A stretch of 64,000 nucleotides of DNA from the human T2T-CHM13v2.0 reference genome, Homo sapiens (GCF_009914755.1 NC_060930.1); one strand, 5' to 3'. Counted from the stretch's first letter, positions 31,288 to 47,670 are shown. Translations and numbers: made by a program. Notes: generated by a model not told the origin, from the letters alone.

Positions 31288-32895
31288 CGAAGTTCTCCGT
31301 CACTGCTGTAATAATAACTCTTGAGGTGAACACCAGGGCAGATGAGGCCCACCCTCTGATGCAGTCATAGCCTCTGACGTGGTACTCCCCGGCCGGAAGG
31401 GAAGGGACCACGCACTGAAGAACGGTGTGGTTACCAGAGACACCCACACAGGGTGACATTCCTATAAAAATGTCAATGTTTGCAGCTCCTGAGATCTGGG
31501 CCACTGCAAAGGTTAAGATGTCATCGCTCTGAGAAATAGAGATCAATTCTGGGGTAAAGGCCTTGTTATAACCAATGACTCCTATGTGATACCAAAGTCC
31601 ATCTACCTCTATTTCCAGGGCAACAGAGCCATTCCCTGTGGGAACAATGCACCGGATGAGCTCAGCACCGATGTTCACCGTCAGGCAGGTCTGCTGGTCA
31701 ATATAGACTGACGTGGTGTTCTGTCCTCTCAGGCCTGTGCCCTCTATGGTCAAGAGGCTTCCACCATGTAAGCTGAAATTCTTAGGAAAATAATGAAACA
31801 CTTGGGGCATAATGTAGAAGTGTCTGGAAACATTACCAGAACAAGCATACCCATTTCTTGTATAAAAAACTGACAGGTAGTGGGGTCCTGGGGCCAAGTC
31901 TCTTGTCTGGCACACAACGTGGCTTGCATTAAAAAAAGTTACATTGCAAGGAAGTTGATCATCCACAAATACCATCGGCTCATCAGCTGTGGTGGCTAAC
32001 CTCTGACCCCTAATCAGCACAGTGGTCAGAGACCCACTGGTGTTTGTGGACAAGGCATCCATGACAGGACTTGCCTCTTCCCTTATGAAAAGAGTGCAAT
32101 TCCCCTGACACTCGCTGGTTAGCCCATTGACCAGGACTGTGACGTTCAGGGAGAAGGAAGCTCCAGGCAAGGGGTCACCCTCCAGGCTAACCTGGCAGAG
32201 AATGGTGTGGTCTCCCAAACTCAAAATCACACAAGTAAAAGGACCCGAGAGGTCAACCCGAACTGACCTCCTTCTAGAGTTAAGAAGCAACCCCCTCACA
32301 GTAAGTATGGTCCCACCACATGCCGAACCCTGCGATGGGAAGATGGCCATTATCCGAGGCATCACTGCAAATTGCTGGAGCACCACAGACATATTAGCAA
32401 ATCCCATCTGCTTCTGACGTACTTGGAGAGGATAGATGCCAGCCTCCAGACTGTGAAGAGGGATGGAGCATCCAGACAGGCTCACGTTGCCCTGGAAGGA
32501 CTGTGTCTCAACATCACAGTTCAGGTTCCCCAGAAGGATGACTGAGTTGGAGAGGTTACTTCCTCCCACATGCAGGCTCAGGCTGCTATTTGTGATTTCT
32601 CCTTGCATGGCAGTGACTACTGGTGTTGCTGCCGCTTCATACATGAAGGTGAAGCCTTTCCCCACCAAGCTTGGTGAAGGACCACGGGCGAAGAACCTGT
32701 TGCCAGCCCAGACCTCCACGGCAGCTGGAACAGTGGGAACGCCCGCATCGGGTATCTGGGGGGCTGGCAGGGTTTCACACCAGATGCTCGCCTCCGTTAA
32801 GTTCACAATGTCACAGGACCGATTGCCCACAAGTACCCAAACCAAAGCTGGGTCCCTGCTGAAGCCTATTCCTGAGATGCTGAGGATGGTCCCTC
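31288..32895 (-). CDS. PKHD1: Fibrocystin exon 32 (1608 bp; multiple IPT/TIG domains)
   Basis: 524-aa ORF 31271..32845; tag/gtaagt boundaries. Confidence 0.99.
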
Positions 32896-33963
32896 CTAAA
32901 GTATGAATACGGAAAGCAAAATATTACAGCTGATATTCTGAACTAAGAATTCATAGCACCTGTGGAAGTCCTAGGTCAATTAAGTGGAAGGTAGGGCATG
33001 TGTTAGTGAAACCTCAATTATTTTTTCTCACCCCCACCAAAGCTAAATTTGTGATTATTTAGACAGGAGTCAGATGTGGTAAATTCACATAACAGTAAAA
33101 TAATACAAATTGTTATATAGGAAGGACGTCTTCAACACAAACTTTTCAAGTACCTTTGTATATCCCAGAAGCCACCACTTTAATCAACTTACACACTAAT
33201 GAAAAATCAAATTTCTTAGTCTTCTTATCATGTATTATATTACTGGAAATATTGTCCTGTATGCTATATATAGACTATTTGTACATTGTCCTGTATACAT
33301 TCAACTTATATGCTAATGAAGAATCAAATTCATTGAAGTCTTCTATCATTTATATTGTTCTATATAATATTCCAATATTCCATATATTATACATTCTAAT
33401 ATATTCTATTTATTGTACCATATATTCTATATTCCATATACGTGAGAGACATTAAAAGTCATTGAATCATGCTGGTGAATTTGCTGCTACCTTCATAGAA
33501 TCTTTGCCTTACTCTCCAGTAGAGAGGCCACCAAAGATCAAACCCCATCTTCAGGACAGGATTGGAGCAACATGACCCACAGCATAACCAAACTGTACAA
33601 CGTGGCTTTTAAGAGGATTTTACTATACCCAAAAAGGATAATGTGCTATCTTACACATGATCACAACTATTATTGACATGCCACTAGATCGTTTTCCATT
33701 CTTTCTGAAAATAGTTTTAGAGATTGGTCTATTTGTCTTGTTCTTCCATCTCCCATATCAGCATGTGTGTTTCTATTTCTGAGTCTTTCATCTGTCTCTC
33801 TCATGGAAAGTGAAGACCCGCAGATTCAATCCTCCCCTCCTTGCATGCACAGCATCTAAATGGCGAATGCAGGACATGTTGCCCTTGTTTTTCTCATATC
33901 CACTCTAGAGTGTCACCCATCAGACGTTTCATCCTCTTTTCATTAGAAAAGCAGGCACATCTC

Positions 33964-34312
<349 letters not shown>

Positions 34313-34543
34313 AAAGCAGGCACATCTCCTTGTCATAAAAATTCCTTAATTTCCTGAGCAAATGAATCACCAAGTTTTAACACCCTTTTAAAAACACCCC
34401 TCAGTTCCTGGAGCCCGAGGAAAGTTTCTCTCCTGTTTCCCCTCTCTCTGACCTCACTGGCAAATTAATCCAGAAACAAAATCTGAATATCCAGCAAATA
34501 GAATTGCTGGATAATTGATAACAGTCACATAAGAGCCACTCAC

Positions 34544-34611
34544 CCAGCAGGGACCCACAGCAAGGCTCGATGCTGAAAACTTCTGTGAGGTACTGGATGT
34601 GGAGATCAACC
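34544..34611 (-). CDS. PKHD1: Fibrocystin exon 31 (68 bp; [22 protein letters not shown])
   Basis: Within ORF 34401..34754; tag/gtgagt boundaries. Confidence 0.97.
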
Positions 34612-34870
34612 CTACAGAAGATAGGCAGATGTTTAGGAAATAACTGACAGAGAGAGATAAGAAAGAGTAAGCCAGAAGAGCCATATGTATTTTGAGGAGA
34701 AGAGCAAACTGTCTGTAAGTTCTCTAAGATTTGTTCCAATGTTATGATGTTCATGTCTTTAACCTCTAACTTCCAAGGGAAAAAGAAAATACCTAACTCA
34801 AAATTAGAATTACCTAGCTGAATGCTAGACCATCAAACAAATCCAAAATTAATGCAAGTGGTCACCTCAC

Positions 34871-35066
34871 CCTTGTGAGTGAATGCTGACCCCATTGATA
34901 GAGACGGAAATTCTGTGGAGACCAGCTGGCAGTGGGGGCAGTGCCACCTCCAGGCCCCAAGCCGACTGTGTGTGAACCGGAGCCAAGGCATCCTGGACGT
35001 GGACTTCCACATCCAAATCCGTATAGTTCATCAGCCTCGCCACTCCAATGACCAGGGTCTCACCGC
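34871..35066 (-). CDS. PKHD1: Fibrocystin exon 30 (196 bp; [11 protein letters not shown]...IHSQG)
   Basis: Within ORF 34867..35130; AG/GT boundaries. Confidence 0.97.
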
Positions 35067-35188
35067 CTGTGTTGAGAAGAATCCAATAGCCTCTGACATG
35101 TGGGGTTTGTGGGCTCAACCATCTATTCAATTCTAAAACTGTCTTTTTGGATTAAATTCACAGTCACCCCTATGCATAATACTCTTAA

Positions 35189-35527
<339 letters not shown>

Positions 35528-37249
35528 TAACAACTCTTTTAACAGAGATATGGTCTGTAACCTCAATAGTATAAAAAGAAAAATTGGCAGGACAATTGTA
35601 TTCAAGAGACACTAACTTATTTCCATGCAAAGGCAAATCAAGAAGTTTGCAGAGCTAACGGTCTTTATAACCAGCAAAGAGCACCACATATTGGTTGCTT
35701 AACCTCCACTTTTCTACTGGTAGAAGTCTGAAGCTATATTTGAGTGTGCACTGAACCTTACAGTAATGCTGTATGTGAGTTTAGTAGCTCATAACTGACA
35801 GAGTACTTTCACGTATGTTATCCCACTTGGTCCACACACTATCCTGATGATTTATATGGGGCAATTAATATGACTGGTATTTTGCATTTGAGGAAACTAA
35901 GCTCAGCAGCCACAGCCTCATAGCTATTAATAATTACTAAAAAAGAAAAAAAAAAGGTCAAGACCTGAGCCCAGTCTTTTGTCTTGCATTTCAGTGTCCT
36001 TTTAGTTTAATTAGCAACTCTATTAAAATGTGTACACTATGAACACTTTCATGCAATTTCTTTTAACTCAAATATTTATTGAGTACCATAAGGAAGATGC
36101 TGCAAGGGGCACAAAATAAGTTAAACACAGACTCTGCCCTCAAAGAAGCCTCAACGGTAGTAAAATAGGTGACAAAATTGCTTCAATAAAAGATATACTA
36201 CAAGAGAGGTGGAAATTAAGCACTGGGATTGCTCAAATCAGAGCAACATTATGAATATCAGGAAAGATGGAATGGGCAAGATGAGAGTTGAATTGGAGCT
36301 TGAAAGATAAATCCAAAAAGAAAGTCATAGAGAAAAGGGGGCTTATCATTTATTTCTGGAAATTTCACGGTTTTATCCAAAGCCTTTCATAGCAATTTCT
36401 CACTTAATCACCCAGTGGCTTGGAGAGGAAAAAGAGAATTGGGTGATGTTCTGGAAGGCACAGGTAGGGTTCTGTTTTGGGGATAAGCCAAGTTGATGTT
36501 AGTCCTAGGGCCAAAGACCAAGAAAGCCAAGCCAGAGGGATGTCTGCTTAACTCAGTGGACGGCAGTGACCGCCAAAGACTTGTAAGCAAGGAAAAGATA
36601 TGATTAAAACTGTTCTTCCAGTCTTTAAGATAAATTGAAAAGATAGGGGAGGAGAAATCCAATCTGCAGACAATTGTAGTCTTAATCAAGTAGACCAAAT
36701 CAAGTGGGCAACAGCAGGAGTGGAAATAAATGTCCTTACCTTTCCTGTGTCCCAGTGTGGCCACTGAAACATGGCTTGGGCTAAAGCATCTCTAGCTCCT
36801 TTAGCCTGTAACATTTGAGGACTACTGCAGAGCTGGTATCTATGGGATGCCACGGCCAATTAGATGAAGAGGAGAAAGAGGTTGCTTGAAAGAGAAAAGT
36901 CAAAGAAGAGGGATGTGGTGTGGTGGGAAGACTATGAATCTGCATTCAAATCCTTGATCTGCCATTTTACTACCTCTGTGACTTTGGGTGATTTACTTAC
37001 GGCTCTCAAAGCCTTGGATTTTTCATCAATAACATGGTTAATAAAGCCCATCCCATGTGGTTTGTTAGATATCCTGGGAAAGTATCTGGCATGATATAGC
37101 ACACAAAAAGGCCTTAATTAACTTCATTTTCTTCCTCGTTCCCCATTCTCTTGACCGCATGTCTTCCCAATCTCTACTGGGAAGTCTGAAGCTTCAGTGT
37201 AGTGAGTTCAAGGGATTTCAGGGCTGATCAAAGAAAAAGACATGACTAC

Positions 37250-37750
37250 GAGGTGACAGTAGCAAAAAACAAGCATTATTTGGGTGGTATTTTGACAGAT
37301 TCACAGAGGAGGAGGAAGTCTCCCAGCATGAGACCTTCCAGAGGCAACAGTATTGGGCCACCATCCAGAAAGGGAAGAAGGCAAGGGAACTGGGAGGGGG
37401 TGGGAAGATGAGAGAGGGGGGTTCTGTGTCCAGATGATGTCACTCAGCAGCCTGGTGGGTAGCCTCTGGGACAGAGAGCTCCAAAGGCATCAGCGGCTTA
37501 GGGTATTTTATAGCCCCAGGGTTTTCTTACCTACAGCTGACTGATGGGTGCAGTTTCATGGGGCATGCAAAGCAAGAGGAATTTAAATGGCTAAAAATAT
37601 GCTTATTTTGGCTACGCTGAAAACAAGTGGATGTGTAAAAGTTTGAATTTAGCACTGGCAGGCTTTTGAGCTAATGGATCCTGGGGTGCCATGAAGAAGT
37701 AAAAAAAAAATAGGACCAATAGGCAGGGCCTTTCTTTGGCTTGTTTATAA
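37250..37750. mobile_element. Probable ERV LTR remnant (family not identified)
   Basis: LTR-like composition; boundaries approximate. Confidence 0.4.
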
Positions 37751-37944
37751 AGCATTCAATATCTGGCAGAATGATGGCATTCACTTCAACAAAGATTTAT
37801 TGGTGCTTACTCTATGTCAATTCCTGGACCAGGTACTTTCATCTGCTTTATTTCCTATTTTCATGATTACCTTGAAAGAATTATTCCCACCTATCAAATG
37901 AAGGAACTGAAGATGAAAGAAGTTAAATATCTTACCCAAGGAGT

Positions 37945-38271
37945 ATGGTAAGTTCAACTAAGTTTGGCCTAAGGCTGTCTCTGTACCTTGAGTCTCTACA
38001 TAAAGAACTGCAACCCAACTTTGTGATAAACTGAAAGCCTCAACTACCTGAGCCTCAGTTAATCACAGGCTGCCAACTGATCAGACCATGCTCCAATAAG
38101 GCAAACAGGGAGCTGTTTCTGGCCTCACTTCCATTTTCTGTCTATAAATGCTGCCTGCCCATGTGGCATAGTGGAGCTCTCTGAACCTTTTCTGGTTCTA
38201 CAAGTTACTATGATTCTTTGTTCAAACAAACTCTGTTAAATTTAATTTCTTGAAAGTTCTTCTTTTTAACA
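37945..38271 (+). mobile_element. MER57-like ERV1 solo LTR
   Basis: aagtttggcctaaggctg...ccaataaggcaaac...ctataaat...aaactctgttaaatttaat...tttaaca. Confidence 0.75.
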
Positions 38272-39746
38272 AGTGGTTGAGCTGGGATTCATGCAGATTC
38301 CATTTTTCCTGACTGCAGAAACCAACACTAATGGTTCTGCACATCAAATTCACCAGCACTCCCCATCCTTGGTCCCTCTTATGCTTTTATTTTCATTTCA
38401 TCTCAGCCTCACGGTCATCATCAACATCATCTCTTGGATGGAGATGTGCAGCACTCCAACTTAAAAGAGGCATTCCCAAAAGGCTACTACACTTCGTGGA
38501 TTTTATAACATGCTCCTTTTTATTCTGCTTGTAGAAAGATTTAAATACAAGTATAAATTTTGAAAAGAATGCATTGCATTGTATGTATCAACAACATAAC
38601 TTTTGGAGCACTTGGTCAACTGTCAAGCTAATCCTAGATGCTTCCTTGGCACTGATATAATGTATTTATTCTTTTCATTACAGATAAGAAATTTTATTAA
38701 AAGCCAAAATCACTGAAATCTGAATATAACATGGAGCTCCCCCTCCCTTTTCTACCTCATCAGGAAGAATCTGTACCACTAAGGAATTTTACACACTTCA
38801 GTCACCTGGGGCAGCAAATTCTTCTTCTGCATTATCTGAGCTGAATAATATTGGAAGCTAAAGGACACTTCTCTTTATTTATGTACTCTTGAGCTATGGA
38901 AAATGAAAATAGTGCCAGAAAAATTGAGTTCAGACTTTTTCTTTGGGAAATATGATGGTCTTTTTACAATAAACCCTTAGATATGGCTACCACAAACCCT
39001 GTTATCTGGCATTCAGTTCACCAGAAAGGGAAGTTACCTGCTACTCTTCCAAATCTATATGGAATTACATGATAATAAATTATTATAATTCTACCTTGCC
39101 ATATCCTCTGAATCATCAAAGAAAAATTCTTTCATGTAGTTGGTGCTAATGAATCCATTATTTTTATACGTAGAATGTCTCAAGAAACAAGAATTCTAAG
39201 TTAATCAGAGCATCCTATTCTCTAATCATATTAAATAACTGCTACAATAGAACCTGCTGTCAAAAAGCAGTATTTTACAGTTAACTACAAGTAGATAAGT
39301 ACTTGGTATATACAAACAGATGACCTGTGTTCAAATCTTAGATAAATTACTTATTCTCTCCATTCCTTAATTTCCTGATCTGTAAATTGAAGCTAATAAT
39401 CCTATAAATTAGGGGCAAGGATTAAATTACATCTATTTTATGTTTATGCTATCATTATTGACACTTACTAAATGCTCAAGGAATATATTTTGAATTGTAA
39501 CTTTTGAATTCCCACATCCTTTTCATGATGGAAATGGTCCCATCTGTACAATGGTTCCATTTTACAGATGGAAAAGTAGATATCAGGAGATTGATTCGAT
39601 GATGGCTAAGATGAAAAAAGCAATCTCCTAGCTTTCAAGAAAAAACTTAAATCCAAAATACAATAAATTTCAGAGGACATTGATTGCCCTTTTTATAGGA
39701 CCAATGCTCTAAGAAGAAAAAGATCTTGCAGTATCACATATTTTAC

Positions 39747-39882
39747 CTGCTATATTGCTTATGTTTCTGCTCAGAGTCACAATAACTGGATTTAAGGAAG
39801 AGACATATGTAAATGCTCTGGGAAGAACTGCAGAATAGTCCCCTCTGATCACAGTCACATTCACAATGCGTCCATCTTTCCC
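39747..39882 (-). CDS. PKHD1: Fibrocystin exon 29 (136 bp; [15 protein letters not shown]...SNIA)
   Basis: Within ORF 39709..39894; AG/GT boundaries. Confidence 0.97.
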
Positions 39883-40564
39883 CTGAAAAATCAATTTTAA
39901 AAATTAAACCTCAGTTTTATTTTAAAGTAGGACTGACTTAAGGGAAGAGAACTCCATATAGAATTAGTTTTAAAAGTTAATTTTAAGAAAGTTGTTCCTA
40001 AAGGGTATATTTCCTACTTCCAAGTCTCTCTCTTCTCTACAACCCTGCACACTCTCCCCATCCTGCCCCCACACCCACAACACAGAGTGATAAGTGCTTG
40101 GACTAGTAGGCAAGTGCAGTGTTAGATGCATAATGACATGCTGTAAGGGGTAAATAAGAATTATTTGCAATTAACACACCAAATGTTTCTGCAAAAATAT
40201 GGCAATTTCAAATAAATGTCTATACCTAGCTAAACTATCCATCAAGTATGAGAGTACTTTCAGACATGTGAGAACTCAGAAAATTTCTCTATGACACACT
40301 CTTTCATAGGATGTACTTATGGTTATTATCTCATAAAATAAATAATAATTTAAATATATATATATATCTGAAACCCAAGAAACAGTGACTACTCAAGAAA
40401 GCAATCAAAGTAAGTACTAGGATAAAATCTGTAGAATAAACCTAGAAAATAAGCAGGCTAGATTGAAACAGGAGAACAGAGATAGCTTCAAGGAAAATGA
40501 ATGACTGATACGATGGAACTTTTTTTAAAAGATATTGGATTTAACTTATAAGAAAGACATGTTA

Positions 40565-40860
40565 GCCAGGCACAGTGGCTCACACCTGTAATCCCAGCAT
40601 TTTGGGAGGCCGAGGCGGGTGGATCACCTGAGATCGGGAATTTGAGACCAACCTGACCAACATGGAGAAACCCCACCTCTACTAAAATACAAAAAATTAG
40701 CTGGGCATGGTGGTGCATGCCTGTAATTCAAGCTACTCAGGAAGCTGAGGCAGGAGAATCACTTGAACCCGGGAGGTAGAGGTTGCAGTGAGCCGTGATT
40801 GTACCACTCCAGCCTGGGCAACAGAAGCGAAACTCTGTCTCAAACAAACGAACAAACAAA
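40565..40860 (+). mobile_element. AluS
   Basis: Full Alu, (CAAA)n tail; TSD aaagacatgtt. Confidence 0.92.
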
Positions 40861-42306
40861 AGACATGTTTAGAAAATAAAATAGGAACTCTAGGGGAAAA
40901 AAAAAAAAGGAACTATAAAAGAAAAAAATATACTACCCGGTTCTGCCAGCATCATCTAAATAGTTAGAATAATATAAACAGGTTTTATTAATTTAAGATA
41001 AAAATGGTATTGTAACTATATTTGAAAGAATTAAAAGTTGTTTCAGGAAGGGGGACTTGAAGAAGGGGGAGGAGGGGCAGGAAAACATAATTTACTATTT
41101 TCCTTTTAACCTATGCATCTATCACTTGGATCAAAAGTAAAATTTATTTTTTATTAATGTTTATGTTCTCTGGTAAAAGAAATTAAGAGGTACATGTCTT
41201 ACCCATTAAAATGGCAAATATATATTAAAATAATAAAGTGATAACCCAGTATTGGCCAAAGTGTCAAAAATCACACACGTGCACAATGATGGTGGGAGTA
41301 TAATTTGAAAGGGAATTTCAGACAACTGGATACTACATATCAAAAGCTTTAGAATTTATATTAATTTATCCTGAGAAAAGAAATGTACCCCCAAAACATA
41401 GTTATTAGGATGATTAAAGCCCTGTTGTTTACAATAAGAAACATTTAGAAATTATCTAAGTGTCTGGTAATAAGGAATAGTTAAACAAATTAGAGTACAA
41501 CCACATATTGGAATTGAATGTAGTGTACATATAAAAGCTAGCTTTTCATAATATTTAAGGAACTAGATGAGATTAAAATGTAGGACTAGTGATCAAAGAA
41601 TATTTTGAAACTTATCTCCCAGGGGATCTTTATTTTGGGGTCATGGGTGTGCTAGGAATGTTGATGCTGCTTAAGTCAACTCTAAATAGAAAGTTCAGTG
41701 GCAGCAGTGCGTGTGACTCTCCCCAACAGTACCAGGGAAGGGCCCAGACTCAAATCCCTTAATAGGCCATGATATAGCACTAATTGAAAGGAAAGGAAGA
41801 GGTCAGGGACTTGTTTTTAAGGGGAAAAGGAAGCAATGGAGAATAACTAAGAAGATATTTCTTAGAAATCACACACTCTAGAAGTTTCTAAGTTCTACAA
41901 TTAATACCCATACTAGAAAACAAAATTGCTGATGAAAACTAAGTTATTTGTTGTTTGCTTAATAGAGAAGGGAGACTTTGAAATATATAAGCCTTGCAAG
42001 CCAACACCCAGAATGTGCACTAGCTAAATTTATTTGTTACGTGTCACTAATACTTACTGACAGTACAGACCAGAACTGCCTGGTTGTCTTCTTTTTAAGA
42101 AATTAATTGATGTTAATTACAAGCTCCATTGGTGGGGTCAGTTTCCCACTTCATAGCAAAACAGACAATATAACTACTACAAGCATACTATCATAATGAG
42201 AAGTTTACATCAGTTCATTTAGTTCTAAGAAGTGATTCACTGAAAATGTTATATTAACAGTGGTCACTCACCCAGAGAGAAAGAGATATGAAAGGAATCC
42301 ACTTAC

Positions 42307-42437
42307 CCTGGGTGGAACTTTGCACTGAATTCTGCTTGAATTGCTTGTAGCGACATTGATGGCACACGAGTAAGATCCAAATAATATCAGGCTAACACCT
42401 TCCAAACTAGAGCCTCGGATGGTGGCCCAGAGCCCTC
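42307..42437 (-). CDS. PKHD1: Fibrocystin exon 28 (131 bp; [10 protein letters not shown]...KVPPR)
   Basis: Within ORF 42268..42507; cag/gtaagt boundaries. Confidence 0.97.
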
Positions 42438-44621
42438 CTGTAACAAAAACAGCATATTCAAATGGGATCACCAACCATACAGGCAGACAAAAATTAATTA
42501 TGCACAAGATGGATAAAATGAAATTAAAATATGAAACTCCTTAGTCAAAACAAAGGCAATGCTCAAACTGCAGGAAAAAAACTGGAGTTAAATATATAAA
42601 CTATCATATAGAAAGGGAGAAGTAGTGACAGGAGGGCAGAGAGAGGTAGCACTGCATCCTGAAGTCTTTTAAGAATAAAACCTAGGAACACAATCGTGCC
42701 ACAAGTCTGAAGAGGTAGTCTCTGAAAACTCTTCCTGGCCTAGATTTTGAATATCATTCCTGCAATCCTATAAAACATATTCTTTTCCTAAGAAACCAAG
42801 TGCAACAGAGCATCATGGTGGAAGGAACAGTGGCTGAGAGTCAGGGTCAGGGCCACAGATTGCTCAGCTACTTTTAGCAGGTCATTGCAGTATGGTCCCT
42901 GAGCTGAAGGGTCAACATTTTCCTCATCTTTAAATAATAATGTTAGCCCTTCCAGCTTTGTGGTTTGACACTACACATACTAGGTTCAGTTCACTGTGAA
43001 AATATAGAAATGAGTGGCATCACTGCCCATCGCCATCAGAATTTCTCTACTGATCACTAAAGAGCAACCACAGAAATCCCCATTTCTTCCCTGCAGATGT
43101 TAGCAAGAAGAGAGTTGGCTCCAGTTCTGCTATCATGGCACACGTTTCCATGTGGAGGAGCAGCCTTTGATCTAGCTAATGTATAATGATTCTGGTCTGC
43201 CATCTCCCAGATACAAGAGAGGCAGTGAGGCCACCAAACAGCCTTACCCCCCCTTGAGGGTGGGGAGGGATGCAGAAGCAAGACTACTTTCAAGCATGTT
43301 GGGGACAGAAAGGGGAATCTACAAAATCTGATGAAAACCTTTGAGGACAGTGTGACTCGCTGGACTAATACCCTGAAGTTAAGTGCATAACTAAGAGCAA
43401 TATACAATCGTGATATAAAATATACAATATCTGGAAGCAAACTTCAAAACAAAAATTAAGAAGATAAAAAAATTGAAAAAATATTTGAAATACTCTTGAA
43501 GAACTTAATGGATGGATTAAAACTTACATAAGAAAACTAAAATAAATGGATCGAAAGAGTGAACACCATAAAGGTGACATATCTTTATAAATTAAAGCAT
43601 AAATGCAATTTCAATAGACATATAAACAGAATTTGTACTTAAATTAGACAAGCTGATTCTTAAGTTTAATGAAAAATAAACAAGAATAGCCAGAAAACAA
43701 AATTTCAAAAAGAAGTGTAAAGAGGTCTTCTGCCATATCTTATACAGTAACTATGGTATCAACTATGTGGTAAAATAAAATATAGTCCAGAAGAAATGCA
43801 GATCAGTATGAGGCTATAGATTAGGATATAAGTGACATTTCACATAAGTGCAAAATAAATTATTCAGTAAATAAAATAAGTAAATATCACTGAAAAAAAA
43901 CTAAATTTGAATTTCTACCTTATATGCTTCACCAAAATAAATTCCCAATTTATCAAATATTTAAATATTAAAAAGAAAGTTTTTTGACTAGAAGGAAACA
44001 TGGCAGAATTTTTATTTTCATATAATTTCAGAGTTGCAAAGTCTATCCTAAGTATTTTAGAAGTCCTGAAGCCATAAAAGGAAGATATATTTTATTATGT
44101 AAAAATTAAAAATATTTACGAATTTCCAAAATAAAAAACAAAGAGACAAATGATAATAAAGGGCAAATATCCTTAATACATAAAATGCTCTTTAAAATCA
44201 GTAAGAAAGAACAATAACCCCATTAGAAAAAATGGGCTAAGGAGATAAACAGACATTTCACTGAAAAGGAAACACAATGCCCCTAAACACATGAAAAGAT
44301 ATTCAATTTCTCTCTCAATAAAATAAACACAAATTAAAACCACAATGAAATATTCTTCTTCTCCTATAAAATAGGTAAGTGTCAAAAGGGTTGGGAACAC
44401 ACCGTGTTAGTAAAATGTGGTAAATAAACACTCATATATGCATTGCTGCTTAGGCAATAAATTATGCAACCTCTAAAGAGAATCTTTTGATATTTATCAA
44501 AATTTTTAATGCAAATAACCTCTTGACCCAGCAATTCAACTTCTAGGAAATTATGCTACTAATATTTTTGCACATGTACAAAATGGGACAACTCCATATA
44601 CAAAATAACAAAGTTGGACCC

Positions 44622-45418
<797 letters not shown>

Positions 45419-45965
45419 GACCCCTACCTCATACCATGTACAAAAATTAACTCAGAATGAATCAGGTACCTACATCTAAGAGCCAAAACTATAAAACCCT
45501 CAGAGGAAAACATAGGCATAAATCTTTGTAACATTGGATTAGGCAATAGTTTCTTAGATGTGACACCAAAAGCACAAGCAATAACAATAAATATAAACTG
45601 GACTTCAACAAAATTAAAAATTTGTGTGCTTCAAATAACACTATTTTTAAAAAGTGAAAAGGCAACTCACACAATGGGAGAAAATATTTGCAAATTATTT
45701 ATCTGATAAGTGATTAGTACCCAAAATACTTTAAGAACTTACACCTCAACAATAAAATGACAAATAACTCAATTTAAAAATTGGCAAGATTTGAATAAGC
45801 ATTTCTACAAAGATGTATAAATGGCCAATAAGCACATGAAAAGATATTCAACATTTTTAGTCATTAGGAAAATCAAAATCACAATGAGGTATCATCTCAT
45901 GCCCATTAAGATGGCTACTGTGAAAAATAATAATAACAAGCACTGGTGAGGGTGTGGAGATATTG

Positions 45966-46344
45966 TGATATGGTTTGGCTCTGCGTCCTCACCCAAATAT
46001 ATCAAATTGTAATTCCCAATGTTGGGGAAGGATCCTGGTGGGAGATGATTGCATCATGGGGGCAGATTTCCCCCTTGCTGTTCTTGTGATAGTGAGTGAA
46101 TTCTCAGAAAACCTGGTTGTTTAAAAGTGCATAGCGTACCCCTCTTTGCTCTCTCTCTCCTGTCACTATGTGAAGATGTGCTTGCTTCCCCTTCACCTTC
46201 TGCCATGACTGTAAGTTTCCTGAGGAATCCCCAGTCAAGCCTCCTGTATAGCCTGCTGAACTGTGAGTCAATTACACCTCTTTTCTTTATAAACTTTCCG
46301 GTCTCAGGTAGTTCTTTATAGCAGTGTAAGAATGGACTAACACA
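45966..46344 (+). mobile_element. MSTA-type MaLR solo LTR
   Basis: tgatatggtttggctctg...gaatggactaacaca; TSD tattg/cattg. Confidence 0.85.
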
Positions 46345-47039
46345 CATTGGAACCCTCTTATATTGCTAGTAGGAATGTAAAATTATGCAGCCATTTTGGA
46401 AACAGTTTGGCAATCCTTCAAGAAGTTAAACATGGAGTTACCATATGACCCAGCAATTCCATTTTTAGGTATATACCCAAAAGAACTGAAAGCATATATT
46501 CCTGCAAATCATTGTACACAAATATTCATAGCAGCCTTATTCATAATAATCAAAAAGTGGAAACAATCCAAATGCACATGATGAGATGGATGGAAAACAA
46601 AATATGGTATATCCATACCATGTAATATTGTTTAGTCATAAAATTGAATAAAGTACTGATACATGTTACAACATACATGAACCTTAAAAATATCATGCCA
46701 AGTAGAGAAGCCAGATGTAAAAGGTCACATGTTGCATTATTTTATTTATATTAGATGTCTAAAATAGGCAAATTCACTTAGACAGAAAATATATCTGTGG
46801 TTACCAGGGATTGGGAAGAGGGAGAAACAGTGACTGACTACTAATGTATACAGGTTCCTTTCCATGATGATGAAAATGTTGTTGAATCAGGTGGTGATGA
46901 GGTATACAACTTTGTGAATATACTGAAGACTGCTAAGTTTATACTTTTTAAAAATGAGTTTTATGATATGGGAATTATATCTCAATTTTTTAAGTTAAAA
47001 AAGAGATCCTTGGGGTAAAGAAAAGAATAAAATATCCTA

Positions 47040-47670
47040 CCTATTTCTAAGGTATACTACCCTAGGCCAAGCCAACATTATCTCTCCCCTGGATGTCTGT
47101 CATATCCTCCTAACCGGTCTTGCTGGTTCCATCTTTGCCTCCCTACTGTGAGTTCTCACACAGCAGCCTAAGTCAGATCATGTCACTTCGCTTGAAATCC
47201 TCCAATGGCCACCATCTCACTCAGAATAAAAGCTGAGTGAGCTGAGGGCCATTCATATCCCCCAAGGCCATATAACTTTCTTTGGGTCATCTTCTACTGC
47301 TCTCCCCTCACTCAATCTACTCCAGCCATGGCAACCTCCATGACATTCTGGAACAAGCCAGTCTAACTTTGACTCAAGACTTTTTGTTCCTTGATGTTCC
47401 TTCTGACTTGAACTGTCTTCCCCAAGATTTCCCCAGAATTCATTCCTTCACTTCACCCATATCTCCCTTCTCTAAGGCCACTCATGTCATTCCTCCAATG
47501 CCAATGACTATACCATCACAACCATCTACTCCATCCCTCTTCATCCCCTTCCCTTCTTGATTTTTATCCTATACACTTACCATCACTGCCCCAAGAACAG
47601 AGGATTTGTTTTTATTTACTGTATCCCCAGCATTAATAATGCCTGGTAATAAAAGCTAAATAAATTGTCA
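47040..47670 (+). mobile_element. L2 3' region
   Basis: agtcagatcatgtcact...aatcctccaatgg...ctcagaataaaa...tactgtatccccagca. Confidence 0.75.

Noticed and set aside
32127-32906. Plus-strand ORFs of 96-147 aa
   Set aside because: Antisense shadows of PKHD1 exon 32.
33330-33440. AT-rich quasi-repeat (tatattc)
   Set aside because: Low-complexity sequence without a regular repeat-spacer structure.
39838-39846. RGD tripeptide in exon 29
   Set aside because: Part of the known fibrocystin sequence; not novel.
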